Source of the DNA: Candidatus Wukongarchaeum yapensis
GTDB taxonomy: Archaea; Asgardarchaeota; Wukongarchaeia; Wukongarchaeales; Wukongarchaeaceae
Direction: 5' to 3'
DNA length: 13,722 bases
NCBI GenBank assembly: GCA_016840425.1
Contig: JAEOSI010000035.1
Coordinates: 1-13,722, forward strand
The notes beneath the pieces were generated by a model, which was not told the DNA's origin, did not search any database, and saw only the letters and a list, made by a program, of their open reading frames with translations. The first letter of the stretch is position 1; every line of letters starts with the position of its first letter. Position numbers and translations under genes: made by a program. Of the stretch, positions 1 through 7,772 are shown in pieces.

Positions 1-1
1 C

Positions 2-595
2 CTTCCAGTAATCCACTTTCTTGTAGCAAAAGAAAAGATCGAGTTTGAAGAAATAGCGGAAGTATATTCACACCCTCACGCTCTTGCTCAATGCAGAAGT
101 TTCATAACGAAAAACCTACCCCACACAAAACTTGTCGACACATATTCTACGGCTGATGCAGCGAAAAAAGTGGCCATGAACGAAGAGATAAACATCGCCG
201 CAATCTGCAGTAAATACGCTGGTCAACTCTACAATCTAACAATCCTTGCGGAAAACATACAAGACCTAAAAATAAACGCTACAAGATTCGCCATCCTTGC
301 AAACCAAGACGAAGAAACAATAAAACCCAGTGAAATCTATAAAACCTCCATCGTATTATACCTCCTAGAAAACCGACCAGGAGCTCTTCATGACGTACTA
401 AAAGAGTTCGCAACACGACAAATAGACCTAACAAGAATAGAGTCAAGACCCACAAAAAAAACTATGGGCGACTACCTCTTCTACTTCGACATCATAGGAC
501 ACAGAAAAGAAACCATAGTAAAAGAAGCCTTAGAAGGAGTAAAAAAATACGTCGGAGAACTAAAAATATTAGGCTCCTTCAAAAGAGTATCTTAA
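2..595 (+). CDS. pheA: Prephenate dehydratase with C-terminal ACT domain, 5'-partial (runs off the window start)
   Basis: Frame is open from base 2 (LPVIHFLV...). It carries the PDT motifs YSHPHALAQC and NATRF and the ACT motifs NRPGALHDVL and LTRIESRP. The ORF-track start at 170 is internal. Confidence 0.95.
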   Translation, partial: LPVIHFLVAKEKIEFEEIAEVYSHPHALAQCRSFITKNLPHTKLVDTYSTADAAKKVAMNEEINIAAICSKYAGQLYNLTILAENIQDLKINATRFAILANQDEETIKPSEIYKTSIVLYLLENRPGALHDVLKEFATRQIDLTRIESRPTKKTMGDYLFYFDIIGHRKETIVKEALEGVKKYVGELKILGSFKRVS

Positions 596-649
596 CCCTG
601 AAACCTTAAAAACATGATATGTTTTTTATAATAACCTGTCTTTCTTCTT

Positions 650-829
650 CTAATCAGAGTAACTTTGCAACCTTTCATTTCTAATTACTTCTTCTTTTAG
701 TGTTTCTATTAGCATTTCAACATAGTTTATCACAGGGTCTCTTTCTCTTTCGTTTTTTTTCTCAATATTTCCTTCGAAATAGTCTCCTACTTGATCTTTT
801 TGTGTATCAACACCCTCTCTTTGAAACAA
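650..829 (-). CDS. Small charged hypothetical protein, 59 aa (not in ORF track)
   Basis: Hand translation from TTG at 829: MFQREGVDTQKDQVGDYFEGNIEKKNERERDPVINYVEMLIETLKEEVIRNERLQSYSD*. A GGAGTGAGG SD-like run lies just upstream and the frame is purine-rich. No family recognised. Confidence 0.4.
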   Translation of the reverse strand: MFQREGVDTQKDQVGDYFEGNIEKKNERERDPVINYVEMLIETLKEEVIRNERLQSYSD

Positions 830-1070
830 ATTTCCTCACTCCCTATCATTTTTTTTGCGAAAAACTTTTCTCGATTGAAGATTCCAGTCCTCCTTGTCTT
901 TGATAAAATCGATAGTAAAAACTTCAATTAATATTATAGTTTTTTTATAATATATTTTTTTCTAATATTTTTTAATTAACTTAATAAAAGCTAATTTCTT
1001 GAGAATTTTAAAGCATTAATCATAAAAAAAAGAGTAAAAGAAGATCTTACCCAAAAAGAGAACCACAGAA

Positions 1071-1491
1071 CTCATAACTTCATTTCATCCACTCTTTTTG
1101 ATATAAGTTCGAAAAATTCTTCATCTTTAAGCAAATTTTCAATCTCATTTTCTAAGTTGGTGGGCTTTATTATAGCAAACCAGCCTTTTCCATAAGGATC
1201 ATCGTTAATTATTTTTGGGTCACTTATAACTTCTTGGTTTATCTCAACTATTTCTCCTCCTACAGGGCTTTCTAACTCCATTACCGATTTTAACCCTCAT
1301 ACCTTGTTATCTCCCTAAACTGTTCAACCAAACCCCCCAAACTTACCATAAACTCAACAAAAAGCATATCATCAACTATTCTCTTAATATAATCCGTAAC
1401 ACCCACCCGAACAAAGAAACCTCAACCTTAGCCAACCTATCATGTTCCGTATAATAAACCCCTCTTGGAACCTTAAAAACGTAAACTTCTC
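1071..1491 (-). pseudogene. gcvH: Glycine cleavage H protein-like gene, copy 1 (5' half broken, 3' half 1072-1281 intact)
   Basis: C-half MELESPVGGEIVEIN...NDDPYGKGW is typical of GcvH. The upstream part EVYVFKVPRGVYYTEHD...AKVE is 1 nt short near 1415-1425 relative to copy 2, has no in-frame start, and has TAA at 1290-1292. Confidence 0.85.
1266..1366. repeat. 101-bp block identical to 2637-2737 (core of the 421-bp direct repeat 1071-1491 / 2443-2863)
   Basis: Base-by-base comparison: no differences, offset 1371 bp. Confidence 0.95.
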
Positions 1492-1600
1492 GCCATAAAA
1501 ACACAGATAAAAACTGGTTGATCCTCTTGTAGTTTTTTGAGTTTCCATAAGTTTTTAAGTTCTTTAGTTGAAATCACATTTGTTTGGTTGGTGATAATTT

Positions 1601-2320
1601 ATGGTTTTACCGGATAAGTTTGCATGTAAGATGGTGACATGGGATGAAGTTTACGAGCTTTGTAAAAACTTAGCTAAAATAATCAAAACTTACAAGTACA
1701 ATCCTGATGTCGTTATCGGCCTGTCTCCAGGCGGATGGTTTCCTGCACGCATCCTAGCAGACCTTTTATACATTCCTGAACTCATAAGTTTGGAGATTGA
1801 ACACTACGACCCCCTATCTTACCCGCATGTGGTACCTCCTCCAGTTGAGATTAAATACCCGATCCAAGAAAGTGCTTGTAAAGGGAAAAAGGTGCTAATC
1901 GCTGATGACTTAACAGATACAGGGCGCAACTTAGAAGCAGGTGAAAAATACGTCAGAAAGTTGATGCCCAACGAAGTAAGGACCGCGTGCCTTCAGTTCT
2001 TGTATGTAAGTGAAGCAAAACCGGATTACGTAGCAGAGTATATACATGAATGGTACTGGTATGTCTATCCTTGGCGAAGACATCACGACTTAACCCAATT
2101 AATTTACCGGATTTTTAAGAGGAACCCACAACATTCTTTGGCTGTTAATGAAATAGCATATCAGTTGAAAGAATACTACGAACTTGAACTATCAAAAGAA
2201 GAGGTCCTTGAAATCTTAACCGAAATGCTTCACAGAGGCATCATATCCGCCAAAGGAGACCCTATTAGACGCACCATCCTCTACAAGAAACCTTCTGAAG
2301 AAGAAAAAATAGAAACCTAA
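1601..2320 (+). CDS. Type I phosphoribosyltransferase (archaeal purine PRT-like) with ~80-aa C-terminal helical extension
   Basis: PRPP-binding motif VLIADDLTDTG, N-terminal TWDEV, IGLSPGG-W-PAR loop and W-x-x-YPW motif. GGTGAT RBS at 1590-1595. Substrate cannot be assigned. Confidence 0.9.
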   Translation: MVLPDKFACKMVTWDEVYELCKNLAKIIKTYKYNPDVVIGLSPGGWFPARILADLLYIPELISLEIEHYDPLSYPHVVPPPVEIKYPIQESACKGKKVLIADDLTDTGRNLEAGEKYVRKLMPNEVRTACLQFLYVSEAKPDYVAEYIHEWYWYVYPWRRHHDLTQLIYRIFKRNPQHSLAVNEIAYQLKEYYELELSKEEVLEILTEMLHRGIISAKGDPIRRTILYKKPSEEEKIET

Positions 2321-2442
2321 GTAAAAACAAAATTAACTAATTAAAATACTACCAAACCATGTTTTAGTCTTTTTTCTTCTTTTTCTTATTTATTTACAGC
2401 TTTTTTCTGCAATGTTTGCATAGACAAGAGACAAGACGAGTT

Positions 2443-2915
2443 CTCATGAATCCATTTCATCTACCTTTTTGATATAAGTTCAAAAAATTCTTCATCTTTA
2501 AGCAAGTTTTAACCTCTTTTTCCAAGTTAACGGGTTTTTATTATGCCAAATAAACCTTTTCTATAAGGATCCTTCTTGATTATTTCCAGGGAATCTATAA
2601 CTTCTTGCTTTATCCCAACTATTTCTCCCCCTACAAGGCTTTCTAACTCCATTACCGATTTTAACCCTCATACCTTGTTATCTCCCTAAACTGTTCAACC
2701 AAACCCCCCAAACTTACCATAAACTCAACAAAAAGCACGTCACCAACCATTCTCTTAAGATAATCAGTAACACCCACCCTAACAAAAGAACCTTCAACCT
2801 TAGCCAAGCAGTCATGTTCTGTGTAATAAAACCCTCTTGGGATCTTAAAAACGTAAACTTCTCCTTTTTTATCCAAGAATTCAAGCTTTTCACACACTAA
2901 AAACCCACCATCCAT
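2443..2915 (-). pseudogene. gcvH: Glycine cleavage H protein-like gene, copy 2 (5' half 2661-2915 intact, 3' half broken)
   Basis: N-half YYTEHD..AKVEG..VRVGVTDY...VGDVLFVE is typical of GcvH and stops at TAA 2661-2663. The 3' half MELESLVGGEIVG...KDPY carries three single-base indels relative to copy 1 and a premature stop. Confidence 0.85.
2637..2737. repeat. 101-bp block identical to 1266-1366
   Basis: Base-by-base comparison: no differences. Confidence 0.95.
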
Positions 2916-3136
2916 CAGTAACCCTTAGGTGTTTTTCCTTTTTTAAAAGTCGAAAAAGGACAAATATTCTACCTAAAAGAACAAATGTGAACCTGAATGA
3001 TCTATTTATCAATTTTATTAATAAGAAACTTGAAAATTAAATAGATTCATAGTAGCTTTATCAAAAAATAGCTAAAAACCTAAAAACCCTGAAAGAAATA
3101 TGTTTCGCAACAACTTTATTTATAATCCTATATATT

Positions 3137-4135
3137 ATGGGTAATAGATCATCTGAAGGAGGTTTCAATACGGGAATATCAGACAATTTCTTTAGAAAGA
3201 AAAAAGATCCCTCGAATGAAAAAGAGCATCTAATTCAGAATTTAAAGAATAAACATGTACATGTTCGAAGGGAAGCAGCAAAGACCCTTGACAAGCTGGG
3301 ATGGAAGCTTGGAGATAATATGGAGAAAGCTTATTACCTACTTGCGAAGGGACTATGGGGTGAATTGATTAGATTAGAAGAACAGGCTATAGAACCTCTT
3401 ATTCAGGCTCTTAAGGATGAAGATAAAGGCATTCGAAGGGAAGCAGCATCAACTTTGGGTAGAATAGGTGATGTGAGGGCAGTAGAACCTCTTATCCAAG
3501 CTCTGAAAGATATAGATAGAAATGTTCGAAGAGAAGCAGAATGGGCCCTCGGCGAGATAAGGGATAAAAGAGCGATAGAAGCCCTTATCCAAGCTCTGAA
3601 AGATGAAGATAAACATGTTCGATTAGGAGCAGCATGGGATCTCGGTAGGATAGGTGATCCTAGGGCTGTGGAACCCCTTATCCAAGCTCTAAAAGATAAA
3701 TATAGAGGTGTTAGAAGAGGGGCAGCAGACTCCCTTGCTAGGATAGGAGATTCAAGGGGTATAGAAGCCCTTATCCAAGCCTTGAAAGATGAGGATAGCG
3801 AAGTTCGAATGGAAGCAGCAGACGCCCTCGGAAAGATAGGGGACGCGAAGGCTGTAGAACCCCTAATAAAGGCTCTACAAGATGAATATAGTATTGTTCG
3901 GAGAGAAGCAGCAGACGCCCTCGGAAAGATAGGGGACGCGAAGGCTGTAGAACCCCTAATAAAGGCTCTACAAGATGAATATCCTATTGTCCGATGGGGA
4001 GCAGCAAGAGCTCTCGGAAAATTAGGGGATCCTAGAGCTGTAGAACCACTCAAGCAAGTCCTAAAAGATGAAGACGAGGATGTCAACAAAGCTGCAAAAA
4101 AAGCTTTAGAGAATATCAAGAAAAAAGAAAGCTAA
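3137..4135 (+). CDS. PBS-lyase HEAT-like repeat protein (seven full 31-aa repeats plus N-terminal unit and C-cap)
   Basis: Repeat consensus [23 protein letters not shown] with a 93-bp period at DNA level. Confidence 0.95.
   Translation: MGNRSSEGGFNTGISDNFFRKKKDPSNEKEHLIQNLKNKHVHVRREAAKTLDKLGWKLGDNMEKAYYLLAKGLWGELIRLEEQAIEPLIQALKDEDKGIRREAASTLGRIGDVRAVEPLIQALKDIDRNVRREAEWALGEIRDKRAIEALIQALKDEDKHVRLGAAWDLGRIGDPRAVEPLIQALKDKYRGVRRGAADSLARIGDSRGIEALIQALKDEDSEVRMEAADALGKIGDAKAVEPLIKALQDEYSIVRREAADALGKIGDAKAVEPLIKALQDEYPIVRWGAARALGKLGDPRAVEPLKQVLKDEDEDVNKAAKKALENIKKKES
3812..3982 (+). repeat. Exact 78-bp duplication (3812-3889 = 3905-3982) within HEAT repeats 5-7, period 93 bp
   Basis: Identical at all 78 positions including synonymous sites. 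Confidence 0.95.
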
Positions 4136-4455
4136 ACATGAAACTAAATCTATTAAGAGATATAGTAAGAAAAAACTATAATACGTGTTTTTGACCCTTT
4201 TTATTCGCCTAAATACCACCTTTAACAAAAACTTCGATACATTCATCGATACCATTACAAACCAATAATAACTTGATAAAACCACCATAAAGGCAATAAA
4301 ACTTTGTTAGAAAATCTAACTACCAATGTTAATCCTACCAAATAATATGTGAAAATGATTTTAACCAAATTAAAAACACTTAGCCTTCTCAGAAGAGAAG
4401 AAATTTAATATATCAAAGTTTAGTAAATTTAAAAAAATATTAACAAGGGAGTTGA

Positions 4456-4725
4456 ATAGTCTTTACAGAAGAAAAGAATGAGAAAAATACAGAAGAATGC
4501 GAGGCACCACCAGTCGCATTCGATCTTGAATCAAAGATAATAGAAATGGTCAAAGAAAACGGCGTTGTTACCCCTGCTGCCGGAGGCGTAAAAATAATCG
4601 TTTACAATCCTTTAGAGTTTCCGTGGTGCGAAGTTTTAACCCTCCTAGTTGATCTCGATCAAGATGTTTGGGTATCAAAAAGAGAAGGAATCCTCACAAT
4701 CCTTTCTAAACCACCATCAGTGTAA
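4456..4725 (+). CDS. Small hypothetical protein (59 aa from ATG 4546; 89 aa if started at ATA 4456); not in ORF track
   Basis: Open frame IVFTEEKNEKNTEECEAPPVAFDLESKIIEMVKENGVVTPAAGGVKIIVYNPLEFPWCEVLTLLVDLDQDVWVSKREGILTILSKPPSV*. GC content is above the flanks and the composition is protein-like. GGGAG at 4447-4451. Confidence 0.65.
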   Translation: MVFTEEKNEKNTEECEAPPVAFDLESKIIEMVKENGVVTPAAGGVKIIVYNPLEFPWCEVLTLLVDLDQDVWVSKREGILTILSKPPSV

Positions 4726-4808
4726 ATACTCTTAGCCACCTAGAACGTTTATTTAATCAGTTTTAGTGTTAGGATGAAGTGACGGTTTGAACTAGCTTAA
4801 GAGGATTC

Positions 4809-5171
4809 TCATTCATGTGTTATGACTTCTATTCCCAGTTTCTTACATAATTGTTTTGTTTTTTCGTCTATGTGCCAAGTTACCATTACTTTTTGAGTTT
4901 TAACTTTTTTCTTTTTTTCATAGAAAAGTGACTTTGAGAAGAAGTCATTAACATCTTCTTCATACACATAATTTTTTATTTCGAATAGTACATGTTTTCC
5001 GCTTTGAGCGTAAACTTCATAGTGTACTTCGCACCCCGGATGGTAAAGTTCTCCTTCTCGATCCTTTATAATCACTGTCTCGACTTTCTTAATATCAATG
5101 TTCTTTGCCTGCAAAGCTTCATTAAAAATGCGCTTTTTCCTCCAAAGGTTCCAGATCAAAAAGCTACACAA
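4809..5171 (-). CDS. Small PD-(D/E)XK nuclease-fold protein or remnant
   Basis: Pattern EVHYEVYAQ-x5-LFEIK followed by a helix, V-M-V-T-W, and a terminal ..LGIEVI, resembling archaeal restriction-endonuclease-like domains. TTG start 9 nt after AAGGAG. The N-terminus may be degenerate. Confidence 0.5.
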   Translation of the reverse strand: MCSFLIWNLWRKKRIFNEALQAKNIDIKKVETVIIKDREGELYHPGCEVHYEVYAQSGKHVLFEIKNYVYEEDVNDFFSKSLFYEKKKKVKTQKVMVTWHIDEKTKQLCKKLGIEVITHE

Positions 5172-5284
5172 TTACAAAATCTCCTTAAAAATATAACCAA
5201 AATACTCGTTCTAACAATATATAAAACAATTTACAAAAGATCAAAACCACATAACTTCAAGGATGATTCCACACACGCTTTAAT

Positions 5285-6739
5285 CTACCATTCTGGCATT
5301 ATTGGTATCTGAATGTATATTAAAAATATTGCCAACAAAATCGTTGGTATCGAGACTAAGACACCTGGCTTTACCCAGTCTTTAAAAGTTATATGTCCCA
5401 TCTTTCTCCGTTCAACCATCCCTATAGCCACTATGTTGGCAGTACTACCAATCATGGTAAGATTTCCGAAAAATGTACCAGCAAACAACATACCCCACCA
5501 GAAAGGAAAAACATCAACACCCTCTGCACTCAGCGCATAAATAATGGGTGCAAGGGTGGCTACAGCTAAAACATTGTCTATAAGTGCACTCAATAAACAA
5601 GCAATAATCATAAAAATAAGGAAGAGGAGAAGCTCGTTCTTTCCCGAAAGGGAGAGAAGCCAATCTGCAATAACCTCAGTTGTACCGACAAAAGCAAGCG
5701 TACCAACCGAAGCAAAAAGCAAGAGAAAGAAAGTCAAAGTCCACCAATCAACACGTTTCTCAACAAGCTCCCTAGCCCTGTCTTGTTCAATCATCAATGC
5801 CAAACCAGCAGCAATCATAGCAACCCCTAAAAGCATCGAATTCTTTTCAAGATCAAGAATCTTCTCTATAAAGGAATGCATAGTAAGAGAAAATATCGTC
5901 CCCAAAAATAACGACCAACAAATCTTCAAATCCCTCTTGGAAATCAAAATCTTAGCCTCTACATAATCATGGCTAACTTCCTCTTCAGTGCCGCCATCTG
6001 TCTCCTTTTCTCCCGCTTCCTCCTTTTTATTTGCTTTGAGATCACTTCCTTTTATACAGTTATCGAGTTTCTTGATATCCTCGGCAAAATAGCGCATACA
6101 TATTAATATAGTTAAGATAAGGGCTAGGAAAGATATCGGTGTTGCCCACCTGAGAAAGTCAATAAAGGTTAGTTCAGCTTTTAACGCTATGATCACGCCT
6201 ACAGGGTTACCGACAACTGTCGCACTACTCCCTATATTAGTTGCAAAAACAATCATGATAACGAAAGGGATGGGATTAAGCTTATACCTCCCTATCAAAT
6301 GAAACATCGCTGCAGTCATAAACAGTATAGAAGTCACCTCATCCACAAGAGCAGCAAATAAAGCCGCCATAAGCATCATAACCACAGTCAATTTCTTTCC
6401 ATCAGGACCCACATGATGTATTATTTTACCTATCAAATACTCGAAAAACCCTCTTTCTTCCAAAAAACCTATAATTATCATCATAGAAACAAGAAACAAT
6501 ATGATGTCCAGTCCGGCAAACTCGATCAAGTGCGGTATATCTATCAAACCAAAAGCTAAAAGTCCAGAAACACCAATAAAAGCATAAGCCACCCTATACT
6601 TCCAGAAAAAAATCGCTCCACCAATTATAATTGAAAGAATAGTCAAAGAAAGCACTTGATCAGAATTTAAGCCAGATAAGGCAGCCATAACAGAGACTAC
6701 GCTAACCGCGCCTAAAAACAAAAATGTCTGTTTATCCAT
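5285..6739 (-). CDS. ArsB/NhaD (ion transporter superfamily, SLC13-like) permease
   Basis: More than 11 hydrophobic segments with the internally duplicated motifs ALVDEVTS...TNIGSSATVVGNP and ALIDNV...GNLTMIGSTANIV. Likely start is ATG 6739 (MDKQ) rather than the track's 6769. Substrate unknown. Confidence 0.9.
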   Translation of the reverse strand: MDKQTFLFLGAVSVVSVMAALSGLNSDQVLSLTILSIIIGGAIFFWKYRVAYAFIGVSGLLAFGLIDIPHLIEFAGLDIILFLVSMMIIIGFLEERGFFEYLIGKIIHHVGPDGKKLTVVMMLMAALFAALVDEVTSILFMTAAMFHLIGRYKLNPIPFVIMIVFATNIGSSATVVGNPVGVIIALKAELTFIDFLRWATPISFLALILTILICMRYFAEDIKKLDNCIKGSDLKANKKEEAGEKETDGGTEEEVSHDYVEAKILISKRDLKICWSLFLGTIFSLTMHSFIEKILDLEKNSMLLGVAMIAAGLALMIEQDRARELVEKRVDWWTLTFFLLLFASVGTLAFVGTTEVIADWLLSLSGKNELLLFLIFMIIACLLSALIDNVLAVATLAPIIYALSAEGVDVFPFWWGMLFAGTFFGNLTMIGSTANIVAIGMVERRKMGHITFKDWVKPGVLVSIPTILLAIFLIYIQIPIMPEW

Positions 6740-6884
6740 GGATATCTCTCTATAAAAAATCCTTAACAATTAAAAATTTTACTTTCTTCTCTAAGCTAAT
6801 AAATTTATCATTAAATCAGCCTGGTTAATAGGATTGAAATATACACGTTTATACTCAATTGGTCGTTAAGAAGGAGTTTTGAAG

Positions 6885-7415
6885 ATGTCAAAATCCGATG
6901 CGTTGTTTAAAAAGGAAAAAGAGGTCGCGGAGAAAATAGAACGTCTAATTCAAGCTTTGAAATCAGAGGAAAGCGATGTTCGAAAGTATGCAGCAGAATC
7001 CCTCGGCGCGATAGGCGATCCGAGGGCAGTTAACCCTCTCATTCAAGCTCTGAAAGATGAAAATTGGAAGGTTCGAAGGGAAGCAGTATGGGCCCTTGGG
7101 AAGATAGGAGAAACAGCCATAAAATCCCTCATTAAAGCTCTAAAAAGTGAAGATAGCAGTCTTCGAAAGAAAGCAGCATGGTCCCTTGGTATGATAGGAG
7201 GTTCAATGGCAGTTGAATCCCTCATTCAAGCCTTAAAAAGTGAAGATAGCGATGTTCGAAAGGAAGCAGCATGGTCTCTTGGAAAGATAGGAAGTTCAAG
7301 GGCGGTAGAACCCCTCTCTCAAGTTTCTTTAAAGGATAAAGATAAGAATGTCCAGAAAGTTGCGAAATCAGCTTTAGAAAATATCTTAGCAAAGAAAATA
7401 TTAATGTCGCCATGA
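6885..7415 (+). CDS. Second PBS-lyase HEAT-like repeat protein (four repeats plus cap)
   Basis: LIQALKSE..DVR..AA.SLG.IG repeats and a C-cap ALENI shared with 3137-4135. GGAG at 6873-6876 favours ATG 6885. Confidence 0.92.
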   Translation: MSKSDALFKKEKEVAEKIERLIQALKSEESDVRKYAAESLGAIGDPRAVNPLIQALKDENWKVRREAVWALGKIGETAIKSLIKALKSEDSSLRKKAAWSLGMIGGSMAVESLIQALKSEDSDVRKEAAWSLGKIGSSRAVEPLSQVSLKDKDKNVQKVAKSALENILAKKILMSP

Positions 7416-7772
7416 AAACTTTAAAAAAAGACACAATAAAACCATAAATCCTAAAGTTGTGGATCCTCCCTCTTTTAGAAACATTATATCACTCAAAAAA
7501 AACACATAAAAGCAAAAGAAAACTTAGAAATCCGAAAAATAAGCAAAAATCACCCTACTAAAAAAGAAAAAATTAAAAGCAACCTTTATCCCTTTCTTAA
7601 AACCATAGGGCCTAAAAACTTTTCTTCTCCATTTTAACGACTTTTCAGATTTTATTTTTCTTTTATCTGAAATAAATCTGTTAAAACATACTTTATCGCA
7701 TATGTTTTATTTTTGTTAAATACGCTACCTTTTTATGTGTCTTTTTATCGTATTTTTTAGGAGGAGTTTGAT

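Noticed and set aside
700-903. Plus-strand 67-aa ORF
   Set aside because: Phe/Leu/Ser-rich low-complexity mirror of the purine-rich minus-strand ORF 650-829; no RBS.
1285-1298. Programmed ribosomal frameshift at the shared gcvH lesion
   Set aside because: G GGT TAA is not a canonical X XXY YYZ slippery site, no downstream stem is evident, and each copy has further lesions that frameshifting here would not rescue.
3360-4050. 93-bp periodicity as a possible CRISPR array or DGR template/variable pair
   Set aside because: The repeats are in-frame coding units without unique spacers. There is no cas or reverse transcriptase gene, and differences are not adenine-specific.
3403-4119. 238-aa minus-strand ORF with periodic repeats (also 7043-7225 and 7222-7434)
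   Set aside because: Antisense shadows of the HEAT genes; the periodicity comes from the 93-bp repeat.
4106-4390. Minus-strand 60-aa ORF and a neighbouring 37-aa hydrophobic frame
   Set aside because: AT-rich, no RBS or recognisable motif, and it overlaps the HEAT gene end; cannot be supported as a gene.
4992-5966. Plus-strand ORFs 4992-5312, 5313-5540, 5544-5966
   Set aside because: Antisense to the better-supported nuclease-like and permease genes.
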